From an uncultured Planctomycetota bacterium (GTDB lineage Bacteria; Planctomycetota; Planctomycetia; Isosphaerales; Isosphaeraceae): a stretch of DNA of 64,000 nucleotides. The position numbers and the translations under genes were made by a program. Location: contig CAWGMQ010000004.1 in assembly GCA_963823665.1 (NCBI GenBank), positions 1,760,001-1,824,000 on the forward strand, given 5' to 3'. Below are positions 10,220 through 22,106 of this stretch, piece after piece (the first letter of the stretch is position 1; every line of letters begins with the position of its first letter). The notes beneath the pieces were generated by a model, which made no database searches, was not told where the DNA came from, and was given only the letters and a program-made list of their open reading frames with translations.

Positions 10220-12502
10220 CTAAGGCGAGTGCTCGCCGCCGGCGGCCTTGCCCACGGATCGCAGCGGAGCTTGCGCCAGGATGAATGTTCGCGGCGGGCC
10301 GACGGCGAACGCGACTCGCCCCTTACGGCCGGAGCCCTCGCCCTCAATCGCGACGATCCGCCCGAGCCCGTACATGGGATGGGCCACAGTCTGGCCCACC
10401 CGAAACAGAGCGGGATCCGCCAGCCCTGCGCCTCCGGCGGAGACAAACCCGCTCGGGCCGCCGGCCAGTTGAGCGGCGGTCGTCAACCGGAACTCCGGAG
10501 GCGCTTGCGCTGCTCGAGGTTCGCGCGGAAACGGCGGCCGCGAGCCGTGGTCCTGCCACGGACCGGAATAGGCCGAGCCAACTCCCGAAAAATCGCGCAC
10601 CACGATATGCCCCTCGGGAAGCTCACGCAGAAACGCCGAAGGCTCCGTCGATTTCACCTGTCCGCGGAACGAACGCACGCGACAACGGCTCAGGTAGAGC
10701 TCGCGCCGGGCGCGGGTGATCCCCACAAAGAACAGTCGCCGCTCTTCCTCGATGTCGTTGCCGTCGTCGCGAACCCGCGAATGGGGCAAGATTCCCTCTT
10801 CCAGACCGACGATGAAGACCACCGGAAACTCGAGCCCCTTGGCCGCGTGCAACGTCATCAGCGTGACTGCACCCGTATTCTCGTCCCAGCGGTCGATCGG
10901 CGAGGCCAACGTGACCTCGGCCAGGAATTCCTGGATCCCCGCGCCCGGATGCGCCTCGTCAAATTCGTGGGCGGCGGTGATCAACTCGTCGAGATTGGCA
11001 ATTCGATCTTCGCCCTTGTTCTTGGAATCGGCCGAGAGGTGCTCGCGGTATCCTGTGCGGGAAAGAAGCTTGAGGATTCCCTGCTCAACCGATCCGTCCC
11101 GCAGAGACGATAGCTCGTCGACCAACCGTGCCAGATCCTCGAACGCTCGGCCCGCCTTGTCGCGCAGACTGGAAATCGTCGTGGCCTTCCCCGCCATTTC
11201 CAGGAGCGGAACTCCGCGCTCCCGCGCGGCGGCGACCAGATGCTCGAGCGACGTCTTCCCCAAGCCACGCGGCGGAACGTTGACGATCCGCGCAAATGCA
11301 AGGTCGTCCTTGCGATTGACGAGCAAGCTCAGGTACGCGACGACGTCCTTCACCTCCTGCCGTTCGTAGAAGGCCACTCCGCCGACGATCTGATGCGGAA
11401 TCTTGAGCGCGCGGAAGGCTTGCTCGAGCGGACGAGTGAGCGCCGTCACCCGGCAGAAGACCGCGATATCGCCAAGCCCATGCTCGCCCTGCCGAACCAT
11501 CCCTACGATCCGCGCGGCGATCGACTCCGCCTCGTCGGTTTCGCGCGCGTAAAGTGTGAGCTCCACCGGATCACCCGACGGGTTTTCCGTTCTGAGCGAT
11601 TTCGGCTTCCGCCTCCGATTGAACCGGATCAAGTGGTCGGCAACGCCGATGATGTTCTTGGTGCTGCGGTAGTTCCGCTCGAGCGTCACCACGCGGCAGC
11701 CCGGGAATTCGCGCTCGAAATTGAGGATGTTCGACAGATTGGCGCCGCGCCATCCATAAATCGACTGGTCCGGGTCGCCGGTCACACAGAGGTTCGGAAA
11801 CTCAGCCGACATGGCAAGGACGATCGCGTATTGAGCCAGATTGGTGTCTTGATATTCATCCACCAGCACATACTTGAACCGGCGATCGAGCTCGAGGCGA
11901 ACGTCGCGGTGCTCCTTGAGAATCGCCACCATGTGCACCAGCAAGTCGTCGAAATCAACGGCCGAGGTCATCTTGAGTCGAGCTTCGTAGAGCTCGTAAA
12001 CCTGGGCAACCCTTCTGCCGTAATGGTCTCGGGCGCGGTGATTCATGGCCACCGGGCTCACCAGCTCATTCTTCGCCCGGCTGATCGCCGCCTCCACCCG
12101 CTCGGGTGTCCAGCCATCCTCTTCCCAGCCGAGCACTTCCATCACGCTTTTCACCACGCGCAGCCGGTCGGCCTGGTCGTAGATCGAAAAACTGGTGTCG
12201 ATCCCGACCAGCGGCGAGTAGCGGCGCAGCATCCGCGCACAAAATCCGTGAAAGGTACCGACCCAGACCGCCGATCGCGGCGCCAGGTCTTCGATCCGCG
12301 CACGCATTTCACCGGCCGCCTTGTTGGTGAAGGTCAAGGCCAGAATCTGCTCGGAGGGAATCCCCTGCGCGAGCAGCCACGCGACTCGCCGTGTGATGAC
12401 ACGCGTCTTGCCCGAGCCGGCACCGGCCAGCACCAGGAGCGGACCCGTCGTGTGCGTGACTGCCTCGCGCTGAGGATCCGTCAGATCAGCAAGCAAATCC
12501 AT
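10220..12502 (-). CDS. pcrA: UvrD/PcrA ATP-dependent DNA helicase
   Basis: [45 protein letters not shown]-terminal Tudor-like HPMYGLGRI. Confidence 0.9.
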   Translation of the reverse strand: MDLLADLTDPQREAVTHTTGPLLVLAGAGSGKTRVITRRVAWLLAQGIPSEQILALTFTNKAAGEMRARIEDLAPRSAVWVGTFHGFCARMLRRYSPLVGIDTSFSIYDQADRLRVVKSVMEVLGWEEDGWTPERVEAAISRAKNELVSPVAMNHRARDHYGRRVAQVYELYEARLKMTSAVDFDDLLVHMVAILKEHRDVRLELDRRFKYVLVDEYQDTNLAQYAIVLAMSAEFPNLCVTGDPDQSIYGWRGANLSNILNFEREFPGCRVVTLERNYRSTKNIIGVADHLIRFNRRRKPKSLRTENPSGDPVELTLYARETDEAESIAARIVGMVRQGEHGLGDIAVFCRVTALTRPLEQAFRALKIPHQIVGGVAFYERQEVKDVVAYLSLLVNRKDDLAFARIVNVPPRGLGKTSLEHLVAAARERGVPLLEMAGKATTISSLRDKAGRAFEDLARLVDELSSLRDGSVEQGILKLLSRTGYREHLSADSKNKGEDRIANLDELITAAHEFDEAHPGAGIQEFLAEVTLASPIDRWDENTGAVTLMTLHAAKGLEFPVVFIVGLEEGILPHSRVRDDGNDIEEERRLFFVGITRARRELYLSRCRVRSFRGQVKSTEPSAFLRELPEGHIVVRDFSGVGSAYSGPWQDHGSRPPFPREPRAAQAPPEFRLTTAAQLAGGPSGFVSAGGAGLADPALFRVGQTVAHPMYGLGRIVAIEGEGSGRKGRVAFAVGPPRTFILAQAPLRSVGKAAGGEHSP

Positions 12503-12503
12503 T

Positions 12504-13343
12504 TCAAGGCTTCACTTTCTCGAGGACCTGCAACATCCGCCCGCTCTTGGCCTTGGCCTCGAACTCGGTCGGTCTGGGTTTTCCCGGCGCCGCCCAGCAG
12601 ATCTTCTGGGTATCGCCGTCAAGCTCATAGATTCCTTTGAGCGAATTGTCCTTGCCCGGCCCGTCGGTGATCGTGATGTCGATCGTCTTGGGCTTCGCGC
12701 TCGGGTCAATCTTGAACGTGCCGTGCACGGTGTTTCCCTGCACCGTGGAAGTCGATTGCTTTCCCTTCAAGACCAACCGGTCATCTTCAAACTTGTCGGC
12801 GGGAACTGCGTTTCCTTCGACCTCGATCGAGACAAACTTCCAGGTCGCCTCGAACCGCTTGAGCTCGTCCTGCACGGCCTGGAGCCGCTCCCGCCCGACC
12901 GTCTTCGACCGTTTCCACACCACCAGCACGAGATCAGAATCGGCCGGTGCCGCGAATTGCTCCGGCCGCGCGGTCTCGGGGCTCAAGCCGCGACAGATCG
13001 TCAGGTCGTCACCTTCGATTTTGTAAATGCCCTTGAATGTCTTTCCTTTGGAGAAACCGCTGGTGAACGTGAAATCAATCGTCTTGGGGCTCTGGGTCGC
13101 GTCGATCTTGAACGTCGACGCCTCCGCGGTCGCACCCAGCTTGGAACGGTAGACGTCATCCAGAACGACCAGCTCGCCCCCCTTGGTCTCTTCGGCGGGC
13201 GTTTCCTCGCCGCTGGCCAGGAGCATAACCATGTGCCACCCTCCCTGGAGCTGTTCCGCCGGATCTTTCACTTCCGGCTGCTTGGGCTGGCCCGCACCCA
13301 GCAAAAGCCCGACCGCGACCATCGCCAAACCAGCCCCGCGCAT
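12504..13343 (-). CDS. Secreted protein with two TIGR03067-like domains (planctomycete family)
   Basis: Signal peptide then two repeats of LQGxW...FKIDxxxxPKTID...KGIYxxxGDxxxIC...RPxxF; GGAGG RBS. Confidence 0.85.
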   Translation of the reverse strand: MRGAGLAMVAVGLLLGAGQPKQPEVKDPAEQLQGGWHMVMLLASGEETPAEETKGGELVVLDDVYRSKLGATAEASTFKIDATQSPKTIDFTFTSGFSKGKTFKGIYKIEGDDLTICRGLSPETARPEQFAAPADSDLVLVVWKRSKTVGRERLQAVQDELKRFEATWKFVSIEVEGNAVPADKFEDDRLVLKGKQSTSTVQGNTVHGTFKIDPSAKPKTIDITITDGPGKDNSLKGIYELDGDTQKICWAAPGKPRPTEFEAKAKSGRMLQVLEKVKP

Positions 13344-13402
13344 GTTATTCCTCCGGAGGGAAATCCCCAAAACTCGATACTGTGCTACCAATGCCGGTCC
13401 AG

Positions 13403-14814
13403 TCAAGCGCCAGGGCTCTCCATCGCGAGCATCCTCGCGACGTTCATGAGCGCTCGCGCGGTATGATAATTCGCCTTCCATTGATTGGCCTTCGAGCCGT
13501 CACCGAGCAGCTTGCCCTCTCGCGTCGTCTCGCTATACCAGCCACCGTGAATCCCGTCCAGGAGGTGTTTCTCGATGAAATCCCACTGCTTCAAGAAGGC
13601 TTTCCAGTAGCGATCGGTGCGATCGCCAAACTTCCGGTGCATGAGCAAAAGCGCATTCAATCCCTCGGCCGCCGTCCACCACACCTTCTTCCGGTCGAAA
13701 GCCGCTCCCGCGAACGACTCTCCCTTGTCGTAGAAGCCGCCCGAGTCGTCGTCCCAGCCCCAATCCAGAGCATGGTCCAAAAGCGCCCGCGCGACCCGCC
13801 AGGTCTTCTCGTCATCGGGCATCGCGAGCGCATGAGCGGCCTCGACCAGCAGGAAGGCCGTCTCCACGTCGTGCCCGAACGAGTCGTGCGCGGGAATCGC
13901 CCGCCAGTCAGCCGTCAAGTAAAGATTGAGCGCCCCGGCTCGACCGCGATTCGATCACGCACGATCGAGAATACCTCCCCGAGTCGCTCCTTCACGACCG
14001 GCCCCTCGTCAATCTTCCTGAGCTCGGCAAGAGCCTCAAGTAAATGAATATGTGAATTCATCGACTTGAAACCGTAATACACGCCCAGCCGGTCGACCCG
14101 CTTCTCCAAGGGTGCCAGGGCGTTCCAGGAGAGGATCGGCGTCCCGTCCCGGCGCGTTGCCTCGAAGTATCCGCCGTTTTTAGAATCGTGAGCGTGCCGT
14201 TCCAGCCAGTCGAACGCATCACGGGCGACCTTTCTGGCGAGTGGGTCGCCGGTCACTTGAAAAGCCTTGCTGGCGGCATAGATCACGAATGATGTGCCGT
14301 AAACGTGTTTCTCGTCACCCTCTTTCGGGTCAACATGTCCCTCGCGGTCGAGAACCCAGTGAAAACCGCCAAATTCCTGGTCGCGAAGGACCCTGTCAAG
14401 AAACGCGATCCCGTGCCGCGCGTATCCCACGAATTGATCGCGGTCCTCAGGCGAATATTCCGCAAAGGCGGCGGCAGTCCAGGTCATGCGAGCCTGGTAG
14501 ACAAGAAAGACGTTTGAATCCTGGCCGGGCAACCAGTCGCGGCCCATCGATTGGTGAAATCCCCCGCGAACCCGATTCACAGCGTGCGGATACCAGTGGC
14601 TCTTCAGCTCATCGCGCAGCAGGTCTTCAATCCGGCGGCGGAGCTTCTGCCGCTCGCCGTCGAGAGGTGATTTCGCAACCCGCTGTGCCCCCGCCCGCTC
14701 GGGTTGCCCAACCCCAACCGGCTCTTCTATCCCTGCCGCCGCCTTGAGTGTGCCCGAGCCCGGCAGAAAGAGGAACGGGCATGAGAGCAAGAAGATAATC
14801 GGCTCCCAGGTCAT
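13403..14814 (-). CDS. AGE family (cellobiose/N-acylglucosamine 2-epimerase-like) protein; apparent frameshift near 13935
   Basis: YQARMTW, KSMNSHIHLLEA in one frame; SFGHDVE, KVWWTAAEGLNA, WKANYH in the next; one more G in the GGGG run restores EPGALNLY. Confidence 0.85.
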
Positions 14815-15112
14815 GAAAAGGACCCCCGAAAAAGCACTGGCCGATCCCCCCGTAGCGCTCATCCCGCGCGGAGCCGCCGTTCGGGCTGGACCCGGGCCGC
14901 TTTGCTTCGTCCCAGGAAACTCACACGTTTGAATCATATCGCAAACGAGTCTCCAAAGGGCGTCGGCGCCCTGTCTTTCTCGGCCCGCGTCTGCGATCAT
15001 CGCTTGCCGGGCCAGCCCGGCGAACGGTTGATCACGAGCGGGCGGGTCGTTCGTTCCCTTGCGCGGGGGCAACACCCCGCGCAAACCGTGCCCAGTGCAC
15101 CGAGGATCACCC

Positions 15113-15610
15113 ATGATCATCGATCCAACCGCGTACATCGCTCACGGAGCCGTCGTGCTCGGCGACGTACAGATCGGCAAGGATTCAAGCGTCTGGTTTA
15201 ACTCCGTGGTGCGAGGCGACACCGACACGATCACAATCGGTGAATCCACCAACATCCAGGACCTGTCAATGATCCACGCTGACCCCGGAATCCCTTGCTT
15301 GATCGGCAACCGGGTCACCGTCGGGCACCGAGCCATTCTCCATGGCTGCACCGTCGAGGATGATTGTCTGGTCGGAATGGGAGCGGTCCTGCTCAACGGC
15401 GCACGGATCGGACGCGGCTCCGTGATCGGTGCCGGGGCCCTCGTGCTCGAAGGCACGGTCATACCCCCGGAATCGCTCGTGCTCGGCTTCCCCGCGAAAG
15501 TGATCAGGCAGGTGGATGAAACAACCCGTGCACGCATCGAGCACGCATGGAAACACTATGTTGAGAAGGCCTGCAGCCACCGGGCTGGAACTTACCCCAC
15601 GCTGAAGTGA
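15113..15610 (+). CDS. Gamma carbonic anhydrase family protein
   Basis: SSVWFNSVVRGD, NIQD, IHAD, TVGHRAILHGC; hexapeptide repeats. Confidence 0.92.
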   Translation: MIIDPTAYIAHGAVVLGDVQIGKDSSVWFNSVVRGDTDTITIGESTNIQDLSMIHADPGIPCLIGNRVTVGHRAILHGCTVEDDCLVGMGAVLLNGARIGRGSVIGAGALVLEGTVIPPESLVLGFPAKVIRQVDETTRARIEHAWKHYVEKACSHRAGTYPTLK

Positions 15611-16187
15611 AAATCGGCAGAGATGCCCCTGAGCCGGCCCGAGCAGCTCGGAGAGTGAGCATGCAAAGGCCGCGCCCCGGTTTGAATAGCGCGCAAGGAA
15701 CGAAGACACTGCTCGCCGGACCCGAATTCCGCCATCATACTTACGCAAGCACGGATCTTTTCTCTATTTCTACTTCTTCTAGCGTGCGAATTACTCTAAC
15801 TAACGAACGACTTTAGGAGGTCTGCCGGTGTGCCATCAACCTTCACTAGACGGCCAACCGGGCGATCGGATCGGCGAACAGTGTCCGCTCTAACATTCGC
15901 TGCGCCTGTTGCCGTCGCCGGACATGTCCGCACATCGTGGCCACGGGTCAGCCACTTTCGCGTTTGCCCTGCGACGGCTTCAATGGCGAATACGACTTTC
16001 ACACGCGAAATCTTACACCGGTAACCTTGGAATTCGCGCGAATTCTGTCCGCGAGGCCTCTCCGGAAGCTCGTTGCGTTGCAATTCCGCCGCATCTGCCT
16101 CTTGAAGCGTCGTGTACTGGGAGCCGGCTGCCATTTGCGATATAGTGGTAAGTTCTTTGTTCGCCTCCGATTCAGCTTGCCACGATC

Positions 16188-16804
16188 ATGATGAGGGGAG
16201 AGGGCCAGGTGTCAGTTCTCAGCGATTCGCAGACCTCGTTGACCTTGATGGAACGGCTGCGCCAGTTCCCCAGGAACGCCGAGGCCTGGGAGCGCTTCGT
16301 CGAGCTCTACCGCCCCAAGATTTACGGTTGGTGCCGTGTGTGGGGTCTCCAGGAGGCGGACGCGGAAGATGTCGCACAGGATGTCATCGCCAAGCTCACC
16401 CAGAAGATGACGCATTTCGACTACGACCGGACACGCTGTTTTCGTGCCTGGCTCAAGACCATCACCCAGCATGCCCTGAGCGACCTCCTCGCCAGCCGCT
16501 GCCGTGCGCTCGGCGACGGTCCGGCCCCGATTCACAGCAGTATCGAAGTCGCGCGGACCTGGAAAAACGCATCGAAGAGCTCTTTGACCGCGAACTGCTC
16601 GACCTGGCGATCGCACGCGTGCGGGAACGTGTTGCCCCGGCAACCTGGGACGCATTCCGCTTGATGACCTTCGACGAATACTCCGGAGCCGAAACGTCGA
16701 AATTACTGGGAATCCCCGTTGCGTCCGTGTTCGTGGCCAAACACCGGGTTCAGAAGATTCTCAAGGAGGAGCTCGCCAAGCTGGATGACGGCCGGGACGA
16801 ATGA
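16188..16804 (+). CDS. ECF sigma-70 factor (planctomycete type); apparent frameshift near 16550
   Basis: TSLTLMERLR...AWERFVELYRP...DAEDVAQD...FRAWLKTIT (sigma2), then in a shifted frame TWDAFRL...SVFVAKHRVQKIL (sigma4). Confidence 0.85.
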
Positions 16805-18217
16805 ATCGCCCGCCCCCGTAGTGGGTGCCTCGCCGCCGCTTTGCGGACCTTCCGACCTCAAATCCTGCTCAGGCAGCGAAGCCGCCGGCACGATCGCCCC
16901 GCGCCACTCCAGCCGCCAGGCGGCCGCAGCGCGCGGTTCCTCCCGCTCGCTCGCGCTGAACGTTTCGGCCGAAAGCCCCCTGTGCACCTCGGCATAACTC
17001 CGGTCGAACGCCCGATCCAGACCCATCACAAAGACCTTCCAGGACGAGGTCGAAGGCTCTACGTCGACGTGCCCCTTTGCCTCGGCAGTGCCGGTTCTCC
17101 CCGGCTCCGGACCGGTTTGAATTCGCGCCGGCGTGGACCACAAGGTCGCCGCGAGTGCCAATGACATCGAGCCCGCGAGGGGGCTTAATTCGGCGATGTG
17201 TTCGTGATCGAAGGGACCACTCGCCACATCAGGCGCCCTCCCGCTCAGAAGTCCCCTCCACGGCGCAGTCCCCGCGGCGATCGAGTCCTCGCGCGCATCA
17301 ATTCTGAGCGGAAGACGAGGGCCCCCAGGCTGGATGTCGCCCGGTTCAAGCGATTCAAACGAACTCACACGCCATCCGGCGAAGGAGCGATAATCCGATG
17401 GACGTCCAATGACGATATCGTCCGGCCGGCCCATCAATGTCGACGGACCCGCAGCCCCCGCCCCCACGATCAGCAGCAGCGGATCCTCGCCATTGAACGA
17501 CTCGGCGCCGTCGTCAAAAGGTTGCTCGTCAGCAACCGTCCACGCCAGCGGATCCAGCAAACCCGGGTTGACCTGATCTTCCGCGCCGTTTGTTTGAAAA
17601 ATCTGGCCTGTCGGATCCGTTGGCGTCGGGCCGGCTGATTGCCCCTGCGAATCCGGAGGAGTACTCGTCCCGCCGCTGGAGCCGCCTTGCGACGAAGTTG
17701 TGCTCCCGTCCGGGTTCGACTGGCCGCCATCGACCGTGCCTGGATCCGTGACGGGGATCGGACCATCGACGCCGGCCACCGCAGTAAACGCGTCAGTGTG
17801 CGCCGCCGGGAACACCGCATTCGCGTCCTTCGACGACGAGCTTTTCACATCCGCTGCGGCAAACGACGAATCGGCATGCTCCGCCCGGAACCACGAGCCC
17901 ACGTGCGCTACTGGAACGGACGAATCGAGATGCGCTGCGGCAACAACCAGCGTGCCGGTGCCGGCGCTGCCAGCCGCCGCCGGCTGCGGGCTCGCCTGCG
18001 AAGCGTCGTCTCGTTCAATCGCATCATGGACCCACCACGGCGACGCAACTGCCGAACCGATTTCCGCCGGCACGCTGGCCACACTCAGATCCAGCCCGCC
18101 CGCAAGAGCCGTTCGGTTCTCGAGCGGCTCCAGGGCCAATCGTCGCGCGAGCCGGAACTGACGAGACCGTCGCACCCGCAATCGAATCCAGGGATCGACG
18201 ATCCGTGAAACGGACAT
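16703..18217 (-). CDS. Hypothetical secreted protein with planctomycete-type 'LEPLENR' signal
   Basis: Arg-rich N-terminus followed by LALEPLENRTALAG; low-complexity Ser/Gly/Pro body; the 3' end overlaps the ECF gene, so the stop is uncertain. Confidence 0.6.
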   Translation of the reverse strand: MSVSRIVDPWIRLRVRRSRQFRLARRLALEPLENRTALAGGLDLSVASVPAEIGSAVASPWWVHDAIERDDASQASPQPAAAGSAGTGTLVVAAAHLDSSVPVAHVGSWFRAEHADSSFAAADVKSSSSKDANAVFPAAHTDAFTAVAGVDGPIPVTDPGTVDGGQSNPDGSTTSSQGGSSGGTSTPPDSQGQSAGPTPTDPTGQIFQTNGAEDQVNPGLLDPLAWTVADEQPFDDGAESFNGEDPLLLIVGAGAAGPSTLMGRPDDIVIGRPSDYRSFAGWRVSSFESLEPGDIQPGGPRLPLRIDAREDSIAAGTAPWRGLLSGRAPDVASGPFDHEHIAELSPLAGSMSLALAATLWSTPARIQTGPEPGRTGTAEAKGHVDVEPSTSSWKVFVMGLDRAFDRSYAEVHRGLSAETFSASEREEPRAAAAWRLEWRGAIVPAASLPEQDLRSEGPQSGGEAPTTGAGDSFVPAVIQLGELLLENLLNPVFGHEHGRNGDSQ

Positions 18218-18248
18218 CAAGGGCGTCTCTCTGTCGGAAGCTGCCGTT

Positions 18249-21200
18249 TCAGCGGCCGGTTGGGCGGTTCGCCTCGGCCATTCGAGTGTATTCGGATAGC
18301 CGGCGTATGCTATCGAAAGCGGGGTCGGTCTCAACAATCTCGTGCCAGAAGGTATTCCGCGTCTCACGGGGCGTCTGTTCAATAACCCGGCGCAGAAACT
18401 CTAAGGCGCGAACCTGATAGGCGCGGATGGCATCCATATCGGGCTTGCCACGAGGCCGCGGCTCCTGGACGAGCCCTCCAGCGGCCTGCGCCATCGTGCG
18501 GGATGCAGTATACACAAGATGCGCCTCGACGTCGCCATGGCGGAGCGATTCTTCCGCGTCGCGCGCGGCTTCCCGGTACTGACCCAAGGCCGCCAGGCTC
18601 GACCCGCGCCCGGCGTACGCTTCACCACTGCCCGGCTCCAGACGAACGGCTTCGTCAAAATCGCGCCGGGCAAGCTCATTCGCCCCCGTCACCAGGTAAG
18701 TCCAGCCTCGGCGCAAGTGCAGCACGCTGTCGTCGGGCCGTCCGTCCAGCGCCACCGTGAAATCGTCGATCGCGCCCCTGAAATCGCGTCGCTTCGATTT
18801 GGCCAACCCACGTAAACCCAGAAGTTCGGGTGATTTGTGGCCGGCGCTCACATACGCCTCGCACGTGGCGAGAGCCTCGTCATATCGTTTCAGTTCCAGT
18901 AGCGCCACGATCTTCGTGCGCTGCACCTCGGAATTCTTGGGGTTGATTCGTAGCGAGGCGTCGCTTTCGCACAGTGCCTCCTCGAGCCGCTTGTCGTCCA
19001 GCAGCAGCCGGGCAACCAGGGCACGCAGGTCGCCGGTCACCGCGTTCTCCTGCCCCTCCCGCTTGATCGCTTCCCGCAAGTCCCCTAGCGCCGCAGCGCG
19101 CACTTGGGGCGTGACTTCGCGCCGCTCCAGGTTCCACCGCGCGCGCATTCGGTAAAGCGCCGCTTGATCGGGGCTAAGAGCGATCGCTTGCCCCAGCCGC
19201 TCGATTGCCAGGTCGAGATTCTGGTCTCGCCGGTGAACCTGCGCCAGAGTGACGTATGCGTTCACCTGCCGAGGCGCCAGCGCGATGGCTTCCGTCAAAT
19301 CGGCGATCGCGTCGGCTGAATTCCTGCGCTCGAAGTGAAGCAGCCCGCGGTTGACCAGCACCGCGTACCGGTATCTGCCGCCCGGATCGCACAGGGCGGC
19401 CTGGCGATAATCAGCAAGCGCGGCCTTGAAATGGGCCTCCGCCTCGACTGGATCCGTCGCCCCTGCACCCGACTGGCCGTACGCAAATCCTCGCAGCACG
19501 TAGAGCCAGGGAAGATCGGGGTGGTCCTCCAGGCACGCGGTCAAATACATCCTCGCTTCGCCCGCATTCGGCGGCCTCGAATTCAAGCCGCAGATCGCCA
19601 TCAGGCACTTCCCCCAGAAATGGTTCGGCTTGGCCCGCAGGGCCGCCTCGAAGTGCAGCTTGGCTTCTAGAAGCAACCCTTGCTTGTACCGCTCCAGTCC
19701 GCTCAAGAAATGGTCGAGCGCACCGTCGGGCTCGATGCCTGATGCCGTCGATTTCGCGCGCTTTGCCCCCTCCAGGTCGCCACAGCGCTCCAGGCACGCA
19801 GCCCGCCGGAGCCAGATCGCGTGCGTCGGCTGGGGGAAGAGCATGGCCGCGCGATCAAGTATCCGGATCGCCCGCCGGGCCTGCCGGTCGGCGACCTCGC
19901 CGGGCAAGGGCAGAGCGACTGCCTCGGCCAGCACGATCAGCATCTCGTAGCAGCCCAGGACAATGTCCTTGCGCTCCAGCTCGAAAAGGCCCTCCAGCGG
20001 TGCAATCGCCCATTCGTCGACATCACGCCCGGGAGCGGCGTAAATCTCGAGCGCCTCCATGCTCGCCTTGCGGATCGCCACCCGGTTTTCAACCGCGTTG
20101 AGCGACGTGAGCTCGGTATTCTGGAACAACGCGTCCTCATGCCGCCGGAAAAACTCGCGGTACTGCGCCAGCGCAGACACCCGTGCGCGGAATTCTGCCA
20201 GCAAGCCGCCCACCTCGGCGTGCACGTCGGCCAACCTGGGCTCCAGGCTGATCTTCCCGTCCAGGCGTGACAGGCTTTCCATGGCCGTGGCGCCCTCGAT
20301 CTTGTGCGCACGCACGAGGCCCAGTACCCGCTCGCTCTCCTGTCGAAGTCCGGCAACCCGTTGTTCCTCCTCGAGTGTTTTGCCCCGCGAGATCACGTGA
20401 AGACGGATCCCGGCGACCACCAAGATTGACGCGATCAGGCAGGCAACCGCGAGCAAGCTCGCAGCCGTTGGACGCCGCCGCACCAGCTTGAGCACCCGCT
20501 CCCAGTACGGCGTCCGCCGCGCCCGCACCGGCTGCCCCGCCCGGAACCGATCCAGGTCGTCCGCCAGCGCCGCCGCAGTCGCATACCGCCTGTGCGGCGC
20601 CTTCGCCAGGCACTTCAAACAGATCGTTTCGAGATCGCGCGACAGGTGCGACTCTAGTCGCGACGGAGCCTCTGGATCCTCGTGCAGCACCTTGTGCAAC
20701 GTCTCCATCGCCGTTACGCCTTTGAACGGCGGCCGCCCCGTCAACATCTCATACAGAATCGCCCCCAGCGCATAAACATCCGTCTCCGGACTCGCCTCCT
20801 TGGCCCTTCCCTCGGCCTGCTCCGGAGGGATGTAGCTCGGCGATCCTAGCACCTGCCCGGTCGCCGTCTGGCCATCCTCCTCCAACCGCTTCGCCAGCCC
20901 GAAATCCGTGATCTTCGGAGTCCCGTCATCCGAGAACAACACATTCGATGGCTTGAGGTCCCGATGAATCACCCCGGCCTGATGCGCGACATCAATCGCC
21001 CGCGCAAGCGTCGCCAGCAACTCCGCCGACTGCGCCTCCGGATGCGGCTCGCCCGCAAGCACCCCCTCGAGGCTCCCCCCCTCCAGAAGCTCAAACGTGA
21101 CAAACGGAAGCCCCCCAGTCTCCCCGATATCAAAAATCTGGATGATGTTGACATGCCGCAGGTTTGCGACCGTCTCGGCTTCATTGCGAAATCTTGCTAA

Positions 21201-21635
21201 ATCCTCGGGCTTGGCTAAACTTCCAGCCCGAAGCATTTTGACGGCGACCATGCGGCTCAGGCGGTGCTGGCGCGCCTTGTAAACGACGCCCATTCCGCCG
21301 TGTCCCAGCTTGGCGAGGAACTCGTACCCTTCAATGGCGGGAAATCCTGCCTCGCCTCCCCTCGCGCGAGCATGGGCTTCCCGCGCCGATCTCAGTGTCT
21401 GGTCGAGGCCCGGGAAGGCATTGTCGCATAGGCTGGACTCCATCCACGGCGTCAACCCATCCTCTCCGAAGTACCCCCATTCCATGAAGTGGCACGATTC
21501 GCTGGTCAATTGCTTGAGCCGCTCCTGACACGCGATGCAGGTTTCCACGTGCTCGATCATCGAAGCAGCTTGATCGTGATCCAACTGCTCGTCGAGAAGC
21601 TGGGTGAGCAATTCATCGCGGGTGCAGCAATCCAT
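18249..21635 (-). CDS. Ser/Thr protein kinase with N-terminal zinc-binding anti-sigma-like motif, TM helix and many TPRs
   Basis: HVETCIAC (HxxxCxxC), GHGGMGVVYKA, VAVK, HRDLKPSN, DFGLAK, SPSYIPPE; hydrophobic helix; TPR-rich C-terminus. Confidence 0.92.
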   Translation of the reverse strand: MDCCTRDELLTQLLDEQLDHDQAASMIEHVETCIACQERLKQLTSESCHFMEWGYFGEDGLTPWMESSLCDNAFPGLDQTLRSAREAHARARGGEAGFPAIEGYEFLAKLGHGGMGVVYKARQHRLSRMVAVKMLRAGSLAKPEDLARFRNEAETVANLRHVNIIQIFDIGETGGLPFVTFELLEGGSLEGVLAGEPHPEAQSAELLATLARAIDVAHQAGVIHRDLKPSNVLFSDDGTPKITDFGLAKRLEEDGQTATGQVLGSPSYIPPEQAEGRAKEASPETDVYALGAILYEMLTGRPPFKGVTAMETLHKVLHEDPEAPSRLESHLSRDLETICLKCLAKAPHRRYATAAALADDLDRFRAGQPVRARRTPYWERVLKLVRRRPTAASLLAVACLIASILVVAGIRLHVISRGKTLEEEQRVAGLRQESERVLGLVRAHKIEGATAMESLSRLDGKISLEPRLADVHAEVGGLLAEFRARVSALAQYREFFRRHEDALFQNTELTSLNAVENRVAIRKASMEALEIYAAPGRDVDEWAIAPLEGLFELERKDIVLGCYEMLIVLAEAVALPLPGEVADRQARRAIRILDRAAMLFPQPTHAIWLRRAACLERCGDLEGAKRAKSTASGIEPDGALDHFLSGLERYKQGLLLEAKLHFEAALRAKPNHFWGKCLMAICGLNSRPPNAGEARMYLTACLEDHPDLPWLYVLRGFAYGQSGAGATDPVEAEAHFKAALADYRQAALCDPGGRYRYAVLVNRGLLHFERRNSADAIADLTEAIALAPRQVNAYVTLAQVHRRDQNLDLAIERLGQAIALSPDQAALYRMRARWNLERREVTPQVRAAALGDLREAIKREGQENAVTGDLRALVARLLLDDKRLEEALCESDASLRINPKNSEVQRTKIVALLELKRYDEALATCEAYVSAGHKSPELLGLRGLAKSKRRDFRGAIDDFTVALDGRPDDSVLHLRRGWTYLVTGANELARRDFDEAVRLEPGSGEAYAGRGSSLAALGQYREAARDAEESLRHGDVEAHLVYTASRTMAQAAGGLVQEPRPRGKPDMDAIRAYQVRALEFLRRVIEQTPRETRNTFWHEIVETDPAFDSIRRLSEYTRMAEANRPTGR

Positions 21636-21642
21636 CGTCTTG

Positions 21643-21861
21643 CTACATCACGTCGCACGCGAGCCTGATCATGGTCAGCTCGCCTGCCTGGCTGTAGTAG
21701 AACCGCCGGCTCACGACCTTCACGTAAGCGTACACACCCGAATCTTTTTCGTCGGGGACATAGACCAGGTCGCCCACCGAGGGAACCGTGCACTGCTCGC
21801 GCACGGTAATGTTGGCGACCACGCGATCCGCTTTTTCGTTCCAGAACTCGAGTTGCGTCAT
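21643..21861 (-). CDS. Small hypothetical protein (72 aa)
   Basis: Protein-like beta-rich composition (PSVGDLVYV...VVSRRFYY); ends 7 bp upstream of the kinase start. Confidence 0.55.
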   Translation of the reverse strand: MTQLEFWNEKADRVVANITVREQCTVPSVGDLVYVPDEKDSGVYAYVKVVSRRFYYSQAGELTMIRLACDVM

Positions 21862-22106
21862 TTTTGCACCGTGCGGCGAGTCTCGGAGACAGCGAAGCCA
21901 ACGTTTGATGCCAACGATATCTTAAACGTTCGGCGCGCCGGTGTGTGACCAAATTTTGGCCATTCTCCAGGCGTCTGAACATCCGTTCGGACCTCCCGCT
22001 GGCAGGGCGACGGAGACACCCTGCGCAACGGCAAGGCCTGCCTGGCTTTCGGAGTGAGTGTCAGCCTCTTTACCCATTGCACCTCCGCCCTCCGTCCTTC
22101 CCGGCC

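Noticed and set aside
21862..22106. att site, tRNA or integrase at the BREX island boundary
   Set aside because: I found no cloverleaf, no direct repeat matching the 47.2-kb boundary and no recombinase.
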